Shown: one piece after another, positions 32,351-47,992 of the stretch | Layout of the letters: every line of letters starts with the position of its first letter | How positions within the stretch are numbered: position 1 is the stretch's first letter | Source: an uncultured Candidatus Rokubacteria bacterium | GTDB taxonomy: Bacteria; Methylomirabilota; Methylomirabilia; Rokubacteriales; CSP1-6 | DNA length: 64,000 bases | NCBI GenBank assembly: GCA_963762145.1 | Contig: CAVXJS010000016.1 | Coordinates: 53,981 to 117,980, forward strand | Reading direction: 5' to 3' | Program-made: the position numbers and the translations under genes | The notes under the pieces: generated by a model | What the model was told of the DNA's origin: nothing | Seen by the model: the letters and a program-made list of their open reading frames with translations, nothing else | Databases searched by the model: none

Positions 32351-32900
32351 CTAGTCGTCCTGCTCCTGGACGCCGAGCCAGTACTTGTTCCACTCGGCGA
32401 GGTGCGTCAGCGTCGAGAGGTCGCGCATGCGGTCGAGGTAGACGATGCCGTCAGGTGATCGGTCTCGTGCTGGATCACCCGCGCGAAGAAGTCCTTGGCC
32501 ACGACGTCGATCTGGTCTGCCCTCGCGGTCGTAGCGCCTCGAGGCGGACGGCGGTCAAGCGCGGCACCATGCCCGCGCATGTCGGGCACGGACAGGCAGC
32601 CCTCCCAGCCCTCCTCCATCTCCTCGGTGAGCGGCGTCACCCGCGGGTTGACCAGCACGGTGAGCGGGACCTCGGCGGCGTCGGGGTAGCGCGGGTTGCC
32701 GTTGACCTCGATCACGCAGATCTGCCTGGGCACGTGCACCTGGGTCGCGGCGAGGCCGGCGCCGTTGTACTCGCGCATCGTCTCGATCATGTCGTCGATC
32801 AGCCGCTGGATTTCCGCGAGCGGATCTCGGCGACCGGGACGGGCTCCGCGGCCTGGCGGAGCACGGGATGACCGAGACGGGCGACCTTCAGGATGGCCAT
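32351..32900 (-). CDS. def: Peptide deformylase, frameshifted
   Basis: [23 protein letters not shown]; AGGAG SD. Confidence 0.95.
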
Positions 32901-32974
32901 GCGCGTTCTCCTCTCGCGGTCGAATTGTAGCATGGGCCGGTCTGCGGCCGGAATCGGCGGGCGCGGCGACCGGG

Positions 32975-33919
32975 CGAGCCCGCGCCTCGTTCTCCAGGTA
33001 GATCTGGGCGTTGCGGCGGAGCCCTCGGCGGCTTCGCGCGAAGCAGCGGGGTGCCCGCGAACCGCCGGCGGAGCGCGTCGTCGTCCATCGCGGCACACGG
33101 CCGCCGCGCCCGGAAACGGAGCAGGCGGCGCGAAGGCCGGCTCGCGGGTCACGGGCGCCTTGCGGTTCCACGGGCAGACGTCCTGGCAGATGTCGCAGCC
33201 GAACAGCCAGCCGGCCATCACCGGCGTGCGCGTCCGGGTCGATGTCGCCGCGGTGCTCGATCGTCAGGTAGGAGATGCAGCGGCGCGCGTCGAGCACGTA
33301 CGGCGCCGGCGAAGGCGCCGGTCGGGCAGGCGTCGAGGCAGGCGCGGCAGGTGCCGCAGCGGTCGGGCGAGCGGCTCATCGTGGGTCGAGCTCGGCGGTG
33401 GTCAGCACCACGCCGATGAAGAACCAGGAGCCGAGCTCGCGGGTGGAGCAGCATCGTGTTCTTGCCGATCCAGCCGAGGCCGGCGCGCGCGGCGAGGTCG
33501 CGCTCCAGCACCGGCCCGGTGTCGACGTAGCCGCGGCTCCGCGCGCCGGCGGCCTCGGCGAGGATGCGCGGCGAGCCGCTCGAGCCGCGGTCCGATGACG
33601 TCGTGATAGTCGCGGCCCCAGGCGTAGCGGGCGACCGGCGCCCAGGACGGATCGGCCGCGCCGTCGCCCTGGTAGTAGTTGAGCGCGACGCACAGACGGA
33701 GCGCGCGCCGGGCAGGACGCGCGCGCGGGTCGAGGCGCTCCGCCACGGCGGCGCTCCAGGTAGCCCATGGTGCGCGGCGTGGCCCGCGTCCAGCCAGCGG
33801 CGGAGCGCGGGCGCCGTGCGCGGGCGGGGTGGCCGGCCCGATCGCGCACGCGATCGAAGCCCAGGCTCGAGCGCGTGCGCCTTGACCGAATCGGTGAGCG
33901 CGGTGGCGAGCAGCGTCAT
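32975..33919 (-). CDS. queG: Epoxyqueuosine reductase, heavily frameshifted, 3' end approximate
   Basis: [63 protein letters not shown]. Confidence 0.93.
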
Positions 33920-34574
33920 GTCATCCGCCGGCGCGCCTTCGGCTCACTCGCCGAGCTCCTGCGCGGGCCTTCACGAGCAGGTGGCTGCGGGTGAGCGTGC
34001 GCCCGCCCGACTCGAGGAACGCGATGTAGCGAAACCAGCGGCCGTCGGCCTTCCAGCGGTCCTGGAGCCCCACCGCCGCGGCCAGACCCTCCTCGACCGA
34101 GGCGAAGCGGCGCTCACTCGCGCTCGACCTCCAGCGCCTCGACCGCGAAGCCCGCGCGGTCGAGCGCGGCGCGCATGCGCGCCTCGTCGTAGGCGAAGCG
34201 CGAGACGCTGCCGGTCTCCTTCCACTGGTCGACGTGGAAGGCGACCAGCGCGACGCAGCGCCCGGGGGCGAGCGCCGCGGCCGGCGCGCTCGATGATCGC
34301 GTCGGAGGCGAAGAGGTGGGCGGTGACCAGGTCCGGTGCTGCCAGGGTCGTAGTCGGCGCGGTCGACGTCGGCCTCGTGGAACTCGACGTTGCCGAGGCC
34401 CGCCGCGGCGGCGCGGCGCCGGGCCTCGGATGAGCGAGGCGCGTCGCGGTCGAGGCCGACGACGTTGCGGGCGTGCGCGGCCAGCGCCAGGGCCAGGCGC
34501 CCCGCGCCGCATCCGACGTCGAGGACGCGGCTTGCGCCGAGCGCTCCTGCGCGAGCAGACGAGGAAGCGGGCGA

Positions 34575-38115
<3,541 letters not shown>

Positions 38116-38190
38116 GGGATACATATTAGCGCATGCGCGCGGCTGGCCAGCGCATGCCCACCCGCCTGCCGCGGCGCCCCGCGCGTCGGG

Positions 38191-39810
38191 TCAGCGGCGC
38201 TTCTTGCGCGTCCGGAGGTCCACCGCGCCAGGGCGGCGGCGGGGATCCTCGCCCCGGGGGAAGATCTGGGTCTTCTGGACCTTCTGGGTCCCGGTGGTCG
38301 GGAGGCTCTCGACGAAGAGCACCCAGCCGGGGGCCTTGAAGTAGGCGAGGCGCTCGAGGCAGAAGTCGCAGAGGCGCTCGGCCAGGGCCTGGTCCGGCGC
38401 TGGCGCCGGGCATCGGCACCACGCAGGCCATGACCTCTTCCTCGCGGAGCTCGTCGGGCACCGCGAGCACCGCCACCTGGGCCACCGCCTCGTGGGCCTG
38501 GAGCGCGGCCTCGACCTCCGCGGCCGCGATGTTCTCGCCCGAGCGCCGGATGATGTTCTTCTTGCGGTCGACGAAGATCAGCATGCCGTCGGTGGTCCGG
38601 CGCACCACGTCGCCGGTGTGGAACCACCCGCCGCGCCACGCCTCGCGGGTGGCCTCGTCGTTCTTCAGGTAGCCGGAGAAGAAGCCGTGGCGCGGACCCT
38701 CGGCGCCGCCCCAGCGCACGAGCAGCTCCCCTTCCGTCTCGGACGCGCAGATCCCGATCCTGCTCGTCCACCACGCGGGCCTCGAAGCCGTCCCGCGGCC
38801 GGCCGAAGGCGCGCGTGTGGATCATGCCGCGGCTCGCGGCGGTCGGCGAAGATGCGGCCGGTCTCGGTCATGCCCCAGACCTCGACCAGGGGGAAGCCGA
38901 AGCGCTCCTCGAACGCTGCGTGAAGCTCGGGCTCGACGCCCGCGCCGAGCCCGAACTTGACCCGGTGCGCGGGCTCCTCGGGCGTCCGGCGGCTGGTTGA
39001 GCAGGAGCGGCGGCATCACGCCGAGGTAGTGGATCATCGTGGCCCGCGTGGCCGCCACGTCCGGCCACCAGCGGCGCGGGCTGAAGCGCTCGGGCAGGAT
39101 CGAGGCAGTTCGCGGTGAGGATCGCGCAGGTCGCGGTCACCGCCTGGCAGTTCATGTGGAAGAGCGGCAGCGGGTTCAGGAACCGCTCGCGCCCGGGCTC
39201 GATGGCGAGCCGCGCCGCCCAGGTCCGCGGTACCAGGCGCCGGCGTTCAGGTAGTAGAGGTTGGTCAGCACGCAGCCCTTGGGCCGGCCGGTGGTGCCCG
39301 AGGTGTAGAGCAGGCCGCACTCGGTGTCGAGCCCGGGCGCGCCGCGCGCGGGGCGCCGGGCCGGGGCGCGGCAGCGCGGCGGGCAGCGCGCTCGCGTCCA
39401 CCACCGGCAGCGGCTCGGTCGCGCTCGCGGCCGCGGCCTCGAGGTCGGCCACGCGCGCGGGGACGGACACCGCGAGGGCCGCCTCGGAGTGGTCTATCTG
39501 GTAGGCGAGCTCGTCGTGGCGGTAGTCCGGGTTGACCGGCACCACGCCGCAGCCGAGCGCGTTGAGCGCCAGGTAGTGGAAGAAGAACTCCGGGCCGGTT
39601 CTCGAGGAGCAGGGCGACCCGATGGCCGTGGCCGTAGCCGGCCGCCGCGTAGCGCTCCCTGAAGCGGAGCACCTCCGCGCGCACCGCCGCGTAGGTGAAC
39701 TCGACGCCGTCCGGATGGTACGCACGGCCGGGTGCCGGCGGCGCGCAGAGGAACGGCGCGTCCGGCGCCGCGTCCGCGGTTGCCATGAAGGCCTCGAAGA
39801 CGGTCTGCAC
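38191..39810 (-). CDS. AMP-binding acyl-CoA ligase (CaiC-like), frameshifted
   Basis: YTSGTTG.PKG (shifted frame), PLFH, WGMTET, WFHTGD, RRSGENIAAAEVE. Confidence 0.9.
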
Positions 39811-39903
39811 GGCTCACGACTGTCGCCCACGGCCCGCGCCCTGTCAATCGGGAGCGCGCCCGGGCCTCTCGGCCGCGGGCCTGAGGTATACTCCGTCGCG
39901 ACG

Positions 39904-42210
39904 ATGGACAACCCGCTCGGCTCCTCGCTCCGCCGCAAGGAAGATCAACGCCTCATCACCGGCCGCGGCCGCTACGTCGAGGATCTCCGCTTTCCCGGCA
40001 TGCTGCACGCGGCCTTCGTGCGGAGCCCGCACGCCCACGCGCGCGTACGCTCGATCGACGCCGCCGCCGCGCGCGGCCTGGGCGGGGTCGTCGCGGTCTA
40101 CACCGCGCGTGATCTGCCGGAGTGCGCCCGGCCCATCCCGCCGTCGATGGCGGTGCCCGCCGGCTTCCGGCCGACCACGCAGCCGGTCTTCGCGGATCCG
40201 CTCGTGCGCTACGTGGGCGAGGTGGTTGCCGCGGTGATCGCCGAGGACGCCTACGCGGCGGCCGACGCCGCGGCGGCGGTGCGGGTGGACTACGAGCCCC
40301 TGCCCGCCGCCGGCACCATGGCGCGCGCGCTCGAGGCCGACGCGCCGCGCGTGTTCGACGGCTGGCCCGACAACGTGGCCGGGCTCTCGACCGCCCGGGT
40401 GGGCGATCCGGCCGCCGCCTTCGCGGGCGCCGAGGTGGTGGTGGAGGCGCGGCTCGGCATCGGCCGGGTGCACGGGGTGCCGATCGAGACCCGCGGGATC
40501 GTGGCCGCGCCCGCGGGCCCCGACGGCCGCCTCACCCTGTGGACGTCCTCCCAGAGTCCCTACGGGCTGCGCTCGTGCATCGCGGCCGCGTTCGAGCTCG
40601 CCGAGGAGCAGGTCCGCGTCGTGGTCGTGGACACCGGCGGGGGCTTCGGGATCAAGGGCCACGCGTACTCCGAGGACCTCATCGTCACCGCGGCGGCCCG
40701 CCGGCTCGATCGGCCGGTGAAATGGACGGAGTCCCGTCGGGAGCACTTCCTCACCGCCTCGCCCGATCGAGGGCAGCAGCACGTGGCGCGCCTCGGGCTG
40801 AGCCGGGAGGGTCGGATCACCGCGCTCGAGACCCGGTTCACGCGCGAGCACGGCGCCTATGTCGCGAGCGGCGAGGTGGTGACCCGCAATACCATCAACC
40901 ACCTGCCCGGGCCGTATCGGGTGCCGACCATCGAGGTCAGCGCGTCCAACGTGGTCACCAACGCGGTGTTCGGCGCCGCGTACCGGGGCTCGGGACGGCC
41001 CGAGGCCAACTTCGTCCTGGAGCGCCTGATGGATCGCGCGGCCCGCGCGCTCGGCCTGGACCCCGCGGAGATCAGGCGGCGCAACATGATCCGCTCCGAC
41101 GAGATGCCGTATCGCACCGGCCTCGTCTACCGCGACGGCACGCCGGTCTCCTACGATCCGGCCGACTACGTCGGCACCTTCGACCGGCTCCTCGCCGACT
41201 TCGCCTACCCGGAGTGGCGTCGCCGCCAGGTCGAGACGGCCGGGAGCGCGCGGCCGATCGGGGTGGGGCTCGCGGCCTACGTGCAGGGCACCGGAGTGGG
41301 CCCGTTCGAGAGCGCGGACGTGCGCATCGACTCCGCCGGGACGGTGCACGTCTACATCGGCGTCTCCTCCCAGGGCCAGTCGCACGAGACGACCATGGCC
41401 CAGATCGCGGCCTCCGAGCTCGGCGTGGACGCGGACCGGGTGTTCGTGATCGCGGCCGACACGACCCTGCTGCCCTACGGCAATGGCACCGGCGGTAGCC
41501 GGGTCGCCGCCAACGCGGGCCCGTCGGTGGCGCGTACCGCTCGCGAGGTGGCGGGCAAGGCGCGCGTGGTGGCCGCGGAGATGCTCGAGTGCGCGCCCGC
41601 CGACATCGTGCTGGCCGCGGGCCGGGCCCACGTGGCGGGGCTCCCCGAGCGAGGCGTGGCCCTGGGCGATCTCTCGCGCGCGGCGGTGCGGAGCAAGACG
41701 CTGCTGCGCGAGGCGCGCCCGGGCCTGCAGGCCTGCGGCTACTTCGCCCCCGAGACGGTCACCTTCGCCTTCGGCGCCCAGGCCTGCGCGGTGGAGGTGG
41801 ACGCGGAGACGGGTCGGGTGCGGATCCTGCGCTATCTCGCGGTGCACGACTGCGGGCGGGCCATCAATCCCATGATCGTGGACGGCCAGCTCCACGGCGG
41901 CCTGGCGGGCGGGATCGGCACCGCGCTGATGGAGGACGTGGTCTACGATGCCGAGGGGCAGCTCCTGACCGGGAGCCTGATGGACTACGCGATCCCGTCG
42001 GCCGCCGACCTGCCCGCCTTCGAGACCCGCACGGTGGCGTTTCCCTCCACGCGCAACGACCTCGGCATCAAGGGCGTGGGCGAGTCCTCGATCATCGCGC
42101 CGCCCGCCGCCCTCGCCAACGCGGTGGAGGACGCGCTCCAGTCACGCGGCGCAGATATCCTCGAGATTCCGATCACCCCCTCCCGGGTGTGGCAGGCGCT
42201 ACGGCAATGA
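39904..42210 (+). CDS. Xanthine dehydrogenase/CoxL-family molybdopterin large subunit (form II-like)
   Basis: RKEDQRLITGRG, RSPHAHA, GGGFGIK, AYRGSGR, QGQSHET, GIKGVGE. Confidence 0.93.
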   Translation: MDNPLGSSLRRKEDQRLITGRGRYVEDLRFPGMLHAAFVRSPHAHARVRSIDAAAARGLGGVVAVYTARDLPECARPIPPSMAVPAGFRPTTQPVFADPLVRYVGEVVAAVIAEDAYAAADAAAAVRVDYEPLPAAGTMARALEADAPRVFDGWPDNVAGLSTARVGDPAAAFAGAEVVVEARLGIGRVHGVPIETRGIVAAPAGPDGRLTLWTSSQSPYGLRSCIAAAFELAEEQVRVVVVDTGGGFGIKGHAYSEDLIVTAAARRLDRPVKWTESRREHFLTASPDRGQQHVARLGLSREGRITALETRFTREHGAYVASGEVVTRNTINHLPGPYRVPTIEVSASNVVTNAVFGAAYRGSGRPEANFVLERLMDRAARALGLDPAEIRRRNMIRSDEMPYRTGLVYRDGTPVSYDPADYVGTFDRLLADFAYPEWRRRQVETAGSARPIGVGLAAYVQGTGVGPFESADVRIDSAGTVHVYIGVSSQGQSHETTMAQIAASELGVDADRVFVIAADTTLLPYGNGTGGSRVAANAGPSVARTAREVAGKARVVAAEMLECAPADIVLAAGRAHVAGLPERGVALGDLSRAAVRSKTLLREARPGLQACGYFAPETVTFAFGAQACAVEVDAETGRVRILRYLAVHDCGRAINPMIVDGQLHGGLAGGIGTALMEDVVYDAEGQLLTGSLMDYAIPSAADLPAFETRTVAFPSTRNDLGIKGVGESSIIAPPAALANAVEDALQSRGADILEIPITPSRVWQALRQ

Positions 42211-42221
42211 CTGGTGCAGTG

Positions 42222-42354
42222 GCAGGGCGAGGCGCAGCCGTAGGCGAGCCGAGCGGATAAGTAATTGGGCCAGGCCGGGCGAGGCGCAGCCGTAGGCGAG
42301 CCGAGCGGATAAGTAATGGGTCAGGCCGGGCAGGCGCAGCTCAGGAGCGATATA
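42222..42354 (+). repeat. REP-like family B, copies 4-5 plus a degenerate sixth
   Basis: GGGCGAGGCGCAGCCGTAGGCGAGCCGAGCGGATAAGTA within 42222-42263 and 42274-42315 (reverse complement of the copies at 20071/20151); partial copy at 42324-42354. Confidence 0.88.
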
Positions 42355-42382
42355 GGCTCGAAGCTTCTCTCAGGAGGCAGTC

Positions 42383-43973
42383 ATGGCGTCGGATCCGATC
42401 ACGGTCTCGGTCATCCAGCATCGCCTCGAGTCCATCGTGCAGGAGATGGGCGAGGCGATGCTCCGCACCGCGTACTCGCAGATCCTCAACTCGAGCCGCG
42501 ACTTCTCCACCGCGGTGTTCGACGGACAGGGACGCCTGGCCGCCCAGGCCGAGCACGTGCCGATCCACGTGGGCGCCCTGCCCTGGGCGGTCGCGTCGGT
42601 GGCCGACTTCTTCAAGGGCCGCATCGCCCCCGGGCGATCTCTTCCTCCTCAACGATCCGTACCACGGCAACAACCACCTGCCCGATCTCACCGTGCTCGC
42701 TGCCCGTCTTCGTGGGCGATCGCGCCCGTGTTCTGGTCGATCAACCGCGCGCACCAGCACGACATCGGCGGCGCCACCCACGGCGCCTACAATCCCGGGC
42801 GCCACCGAGATCTGGCAGGAGGGCATCCGCATCACCCCGCTCAAGCTGTACGACCGCGGGCGTGCTGCGGGACGACGTGCTGCAGATGGTGGCGACCAAC
42901 GTGCGCCACCCGCGCGACTTCCAGGGCGACCTGCGGGCCATGATCGGGCTCGGCCCGCATCGGCGAGCGGCGGCTGCTCAAGCTGGTGGACGACTACGGG
43001 CTCGAGACCGTGCTCGAGACCATCGGGGAGATCCTCGACGGGGCCGAGCGCCAGGCGCGCGAATGCATCGGCAGCGTGGAAGGACGGGGTCTTCAAGGGC
43101 GAGGCGATCCTGGACGACGACGGCCACGGCATCAGCGACATCCACATCCGCGCCACCGTCACCAAGAAGGGCGACTCGCTGCATGGTGGACCTGACCGAC
43201 TCGCACGACCAGGTGATCGGCTTCGTCAACTCGTCGCTTCCCCAACACGATGTCCGCGGTGCACATGGCGCTCGCCTACCTGATCGACCCGCGCACCCCG
43301 AAGAACGAGGGCACGTTCCGACCGGTCACGGTGAAGGCGCGCGCAGGGCACGCGTGGTGTGGCCCTTCCCGCCCGCGCCGGTGACGCTCTCCACCAACCA
43401 CTGCGCGCAGGAGATCGCGGAGGCGATGATCAAGGCGCTGGCCAAGAGCTGCCCGGACCGGGTGCTCGCGGGCTGGTCGCGGCGCTTCCGCATCGCGATC
43501 TCGGGCACGAATCCGCGCAACAAGCGCAAGTTCATCTGGCACCTCTTCCACGCGCGGGGGGGCGGCGGCGCGTCCTCGGCGGGCGACGGCTGGGAGACGG
43601 CGGGCGAGGGCCAGGCGGCGGGCGGCATCAAGTTCGGCAGCATCGAGGTCGCGGAGGCGCGCTTCCCGCTGTTCTTCGAGCGCCACGAGTTCCGGTCCGG
43701 ACTCCGCGGGCGACGGCCGGTACCGCGGCGGGCGTCGGGCTCGGTGCTCGAGCTGCGCATGGAGACCGACCGAGCCCGCGCTCGGCAACACCGCGGGCGA
43801 CGGGGTGCGCCATCCGCGCCTACGGGGTCCTGGGCGGGCAGGACGGCCTGCCCCACCGCTACCGGCTGCTCTCGCGCGGGACGAGACCGCGCGTGCTGAA
43901 GACGAAGGAGGTCGGCATCCCGATCCCGCCCGGCGACGTCTTCCTGGTCGAGTCCATGGGCGGCGGCGGCTAG
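42383..43973 (+). CDS. Hydantoinase B / oxoprolinase family, frameshifted
   Basis: DPIT..., RTAYSQI, DFS, PIHVG, NDPY.GNNHLPD, EIWQEG, terminal GGGG. Confidence 0.9.
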
Positions 43974-44120
43974 GCGGCCGCGCCGGCGCGCCGGCGATCC
44001 CGACGCCGAGGCGCCGACGCGCGAACGGTGCGGCGACCGCGCCCGCGCGGCTTCGCGACCTCGCGCGCGAGACGCGCGCCGCCGCGGCGAAGCGCCTGCA
44101 GGCGGCGTGACGGCGGTGAC

Positions 44121-46185
44121 GTGTATCGCATCGGCATCGACGTCGGCGGCACCTTCACCGACCTGGTCGGCGGTGGACGACGCGGGGCGCGTGACGCCTC
44201 GCCAAGTGCGCCGTCCACCCCGCCGACCCGTCGATCGGCGTGATGGACGGCCTCGGCGCTGCTGGCCGCCGAGCTGGGCACTCGACTCGCGCGGCGCTGC
44301 TCGGCGCGACACCGAGCGCATCGTGCACGGCACCACGGTGGCCACCAACGCGCTGCTCGAGCGCAAGGGCGCGCGGGTCGGGATGCTCACCACCGAGGGC
44401 CACCGCGACGTCATCGAGATGCGCGAGGGGCTCAAGGACGACCGCTACAACCTGCGCATGCCGCCGCCGGTGCCGCTGGTGCCGCGCGCGCGCCGGCTCG
44501 GCGTGCGCGAGCGCATGCGCTTCGACGGCAGCGTGGCAGACGCCGCTCGACCGAGCGCTCGCTCGGCCGCGGCCGATCGCCGCGCTGGGCGCCGCGGGCG
44601 TCGAGGCGGTCGCGGTCTGCTACCTGCACGCCTACCGCGACCCGCGCCACGAGCGGGCGACGCGGCAAGCGCGCTCGCGCGCGCGCTGCCCGACGCCTAC
44701 GTGTCGCTCTCCTCGCGAGGTGCTGCCGCAGATCAAGGAGTACGAGCGCTTCTGCACCACCGTGGTCAACGCCTACGTCGGGCCCGGCGCTCGGCGCGCT
44801 ACCTGGGCAGCCTGGACCGCGCGGCTCGCGCGAGGCGGGCTATCGCCGGCGACGTGCTGATCATGCAGTCGCACGGCGGGGTGGCGACCGATCGCCGACT
44901 CGGTGCGGCTGGCCGCGGGCGCGGTGCTCTCGGGCCCCGCCGGCGGCATCGCGGGCGAGCCGGTACGCCGCGCGGCTCCTCGGCGAGGGCAACCTGATCA
45001 CGTTCGACATGGGCGGGACCAGCACCGACATCGCGCTGCTCGAAGGCGGCGAGCCGCATCTCACCGGCGACAAGGCGGTCGGCGGCGAGCAAGGTCGCGC
45101 TGCCGAGCATCGACATCCACACCCTCGGCGCGGGCGGCGGCTCGATCGCGCGGGTGGACGCGGGCGGGATCCTCCACGTCGGGCCGGAGAGCGCGGGCGC
45201 CGATCCCGGGCCCGCGTGCTACGGCCGCGGCGGCACCGCGGCCACCGTCACCGACGCCAACTGGTGCTGGGCTGCTCGATCCCGGCCGGCTTCCTCGGCG
45301 GGCGCGCCCGCCTCGACCCGGCGGCCGCGCAGTCGCGCGGTGGAAGGCGTCGCCGCGAAGCTCGGGCTCGAGCTGCTGGCCGCGGCGGAGGGCATCCACC
45401 GCGTGGTCAACACCAACATGGCGGAGGGCATCCGCCTGGTCTCGGTGCGCCGCGGCGCCGATCCGCGGCGCTTCGCCCTGCTCTCCTTCGGCGGCGCGGC
45501 CGGGCTGCACATCACCGAGGTCGCGCGCATGCTCGAGATCAGCCGCGTGGTGGTGCCGCGCGTGGCCTCGGTGCTCTCGGCCTGGGGCATGCTGGCCACC
45601 GACCTGCGCTACGAGTTCGTGCGCACCCACGTGGGCGAGGCCGGCCAGGTCGGCGCGGCGCGCGCTGCGCAAGCTCTTCGCCGAGATGGAGGCGGAGGGG
45701 CGGCAGCGCCTGGGCGACGTCGTTCGCGGGCCAGGTCGGACGTGCGCCGCTCGGTGGACATGCGCTACGGCGAGCAGACCTTCGAGATCCAGGTGCCGCT
45801 CGACGGGGTCGACGTGGAGGCGAAGGACCTGATGGAGCAGGTGGTCGAGCGCTTCCACCAGCGCCACGAGGAGCTCTACACCTACAGCGCGCCCGGCCAG
45901 GACGTGGTGCTGGTCAACGTCGCGCGTCGCCGTGATCGGGCGGCTGCCCGGCCCTGCCCGCCGAGCAGCCGCGGCGCGTGAGCGCGCCGGCGCGCGCCGC
46001 GGAGCCGCCGCGTGTACCTCGAGCGGTGGATGGAGGTGCCGGTCTACGACATGGACGGGCTGCCGCCGGGCCAGGAGGTCAAGGGGCCCGCCATCTTCGA
46101 GTCGGCCACCACCACCGTGCTGATCCGGGCGCGCGAGCGCGCGGTCGTCACCCCGGAAGGGTGGCTGGATATCCGGCTGGGGTAG
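44121..46185 (+). CDS. Hydantoinase A / oxoprolinase family, frameshifted
   Basis: YRIGIDVGGTFTD, HGTTVATNA, LSGPAGG, DMGGTSTD, GPESAGADPGPACY, FGGAAGLH. Confidence 0.92.
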
Positions 46186-46209
46186 CGGGATCCCCTCGTG
46201 CGGCGTCAC

Positions 46210-46243
46210 CCCTCACCCTGCCCTCTCCCCTGAGGGGAGAGGG
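46210..46243. repeat. REP-like family A copy 3, between convergent genes
   Basis: CCCTCACCCTGCCCTCTCCCCTGAGGGGAGAGGG. Confidence 0.9.
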
Positions 46244-46261
46244 ACATGGGTGGGAACTGAC

Positions 46262-47955
46262 CTATGTGTAGGCGCCGACCGAGGCGTCGGAGACGGTGGC
46301 CGCGTACTTGGCGAAGACGCCGGTCTTGAAGCGCGGCTTGGGCGCCTTCCACTTGGCCAGACGCTTCTTCATCTCGGCGGCCGGGATCTCGAGATCGAGG
46401 CGGCGCTTCTTCACGTCGATGTTGATGATGTCGCCGTTCCGCACCGCGGCGATGGGGCCGCGGTCGGCCGCCTCGGGCACGATGTGGCCGATCATGAAGC
46501 CGTGGCTGGCGCCCGAGAAGCGGCCGTCGGTCATGCAGGGCCACGCTCTCGCCCAGCCCCGCGCCCTGCAGCGCGCCGGAGACGTGGAGCATCTCGCGCA
46601 TGCCCGGGCCGCCCTTCGGGCCCTCGTAGCGGATCACGATCACGTCGTTGGGCTTGATCTTGCCCTTCTTGATGGCCTGGAAGGCGTCCTCCTCGACCTC
46701 GAAGACCCGCGCCGGGTCCACGATGCGAGTACTTCTTCTGGCCGGAGAGCTTGATCACGCAGCCGCCCGGGGCCAGGTTGCCGCGGAGGATCGCGATGCC
46801 GCCCTCGGGCTTCAGCGCCTGGGCGAGCGACTTGATCACCTTCTGCCCCGCGGGCTCGGCGGCGGCCTTCACCTCCTCGGCGATCGAGCGCCCGGTGACC
46901 GTCTTCTCGCTCCCGTGGAGGAGGCGCGCCTCGAGCAGGCGCTTGCCCACCACCGCCATGCCGCCCGCGTCGTACATCTCGGGCGCGGTGTAGTTGCCCC
47001 ACGGCTTGAGATCGGCGAGCACCGGGGTCTTGCGCGAGATCCGGTCGAAGTCCTCGATCGCGAGCTTCACGCCGAAGTCCCGCGCGGTGGCCATGAGGTG
47101 GAGCACCGCGTTGGTGGAGCCGCCGGTGGCCATCACTCCCGCGATGGAGTTCTCGAAGCTCTTGCGGGTCACGATCTTCCGTGGGGTCAGCCCCTTGCGC
47201 ACGAGATCCATGACCAGCTTGCCGGATTCGAAGGCCACTTCTTCCTTCCGGGGATCGGTGGCCGGGATGTCGTTCCAGCCCATCGGCGACACGCCGAGCA
47301 TCTCGTAGGCGGTGGCCATCGTGTTGGCGGTGAACTGCCCACCGCAGGCGCCCGCGCCAGGACAGGCGTGGTCTTCCACGTCCATGAACTGCTCGAGCGA
47401 GATCTTCCCCGCGTTCAAGGCGCCGATGGCCTCGAACACGTCCTGGATCGTCAGGTTGCGGTTCGCGAACGGCCCCGTCGAGCCCGCGCAGCGCCCGAAC
47501 ATGATCGAGCCGCAGTAGAGCATGAGGCTCGGGATGTCGAGGCGGCCCAGCACCATCGTCATCGCGGGGATGGTCTTGTCGCAGCCGGAAATGGTCACGA
47601 TGCCGTCGAACATGTGGCTGCGGGCGACCAGCTCGACCGAATCGGCGATGACCTCTCTGCTGATGAGGGATCCCTTCATCCCCTCGGTGCCCATCGTGAT
47701 GCCGTCGGTGATCGAGATCGTGTTGACCTCGATCGGGGTGCCGCCCGCGGCCCGGATCCCCTGCATGACCTTCTCGGCCAGCTTCCGGTGGTTCCAGTTG
47801 CAGGGCATGGTCCCGATCCAGGAGTGGGCCACGCCGATCTGGGGGCGCTTGAGATCCTCGTCGGTGAAGCCGACCGCCTTCATCATCGCGCGGGCGGCGG
47901 AGCGATCGGTGCCTTCGAGAAGAACGCGGCTGTGCTTGCGAGGATCGACGGCCAT
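46262..47955 (-). CDS. ilvD: Dihydroxy-acid dehydratase, two frameshifts near the 3' end
   Basis: [59 protein letters not shown]. Confidence 0.96.
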
Positions 47956-47992
47956 CGGGGACTCCTTTGTCGTGGGCTTGGTCGGAGGAAGT

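Noticed and set aside
39904-42210. Aerobic CO dehydrogenase (CO oxidation)
   Set aside because: Active-site loop is AYRGSGR rather than form I AYxCSFR, and no coxM/coxS or accessory cox genes are adjacent.
42222-42354. Possible mini-CRISPR array (also 20071-20192)
   Set aside because: Only 2-3 units per locus, spacers of very different length (about 10 versus 38 bp), dispersed copies and no cas genes; REP-like instead.
43960-44120. In-frame TAG after GGGG in hydantoinase B as possible recoding or readthrough
   Set aside because: The family ends GGGGYGDP; TAG is probably a miscalled TAC in a visibly low-quality stretch, and no pyl genes are present.
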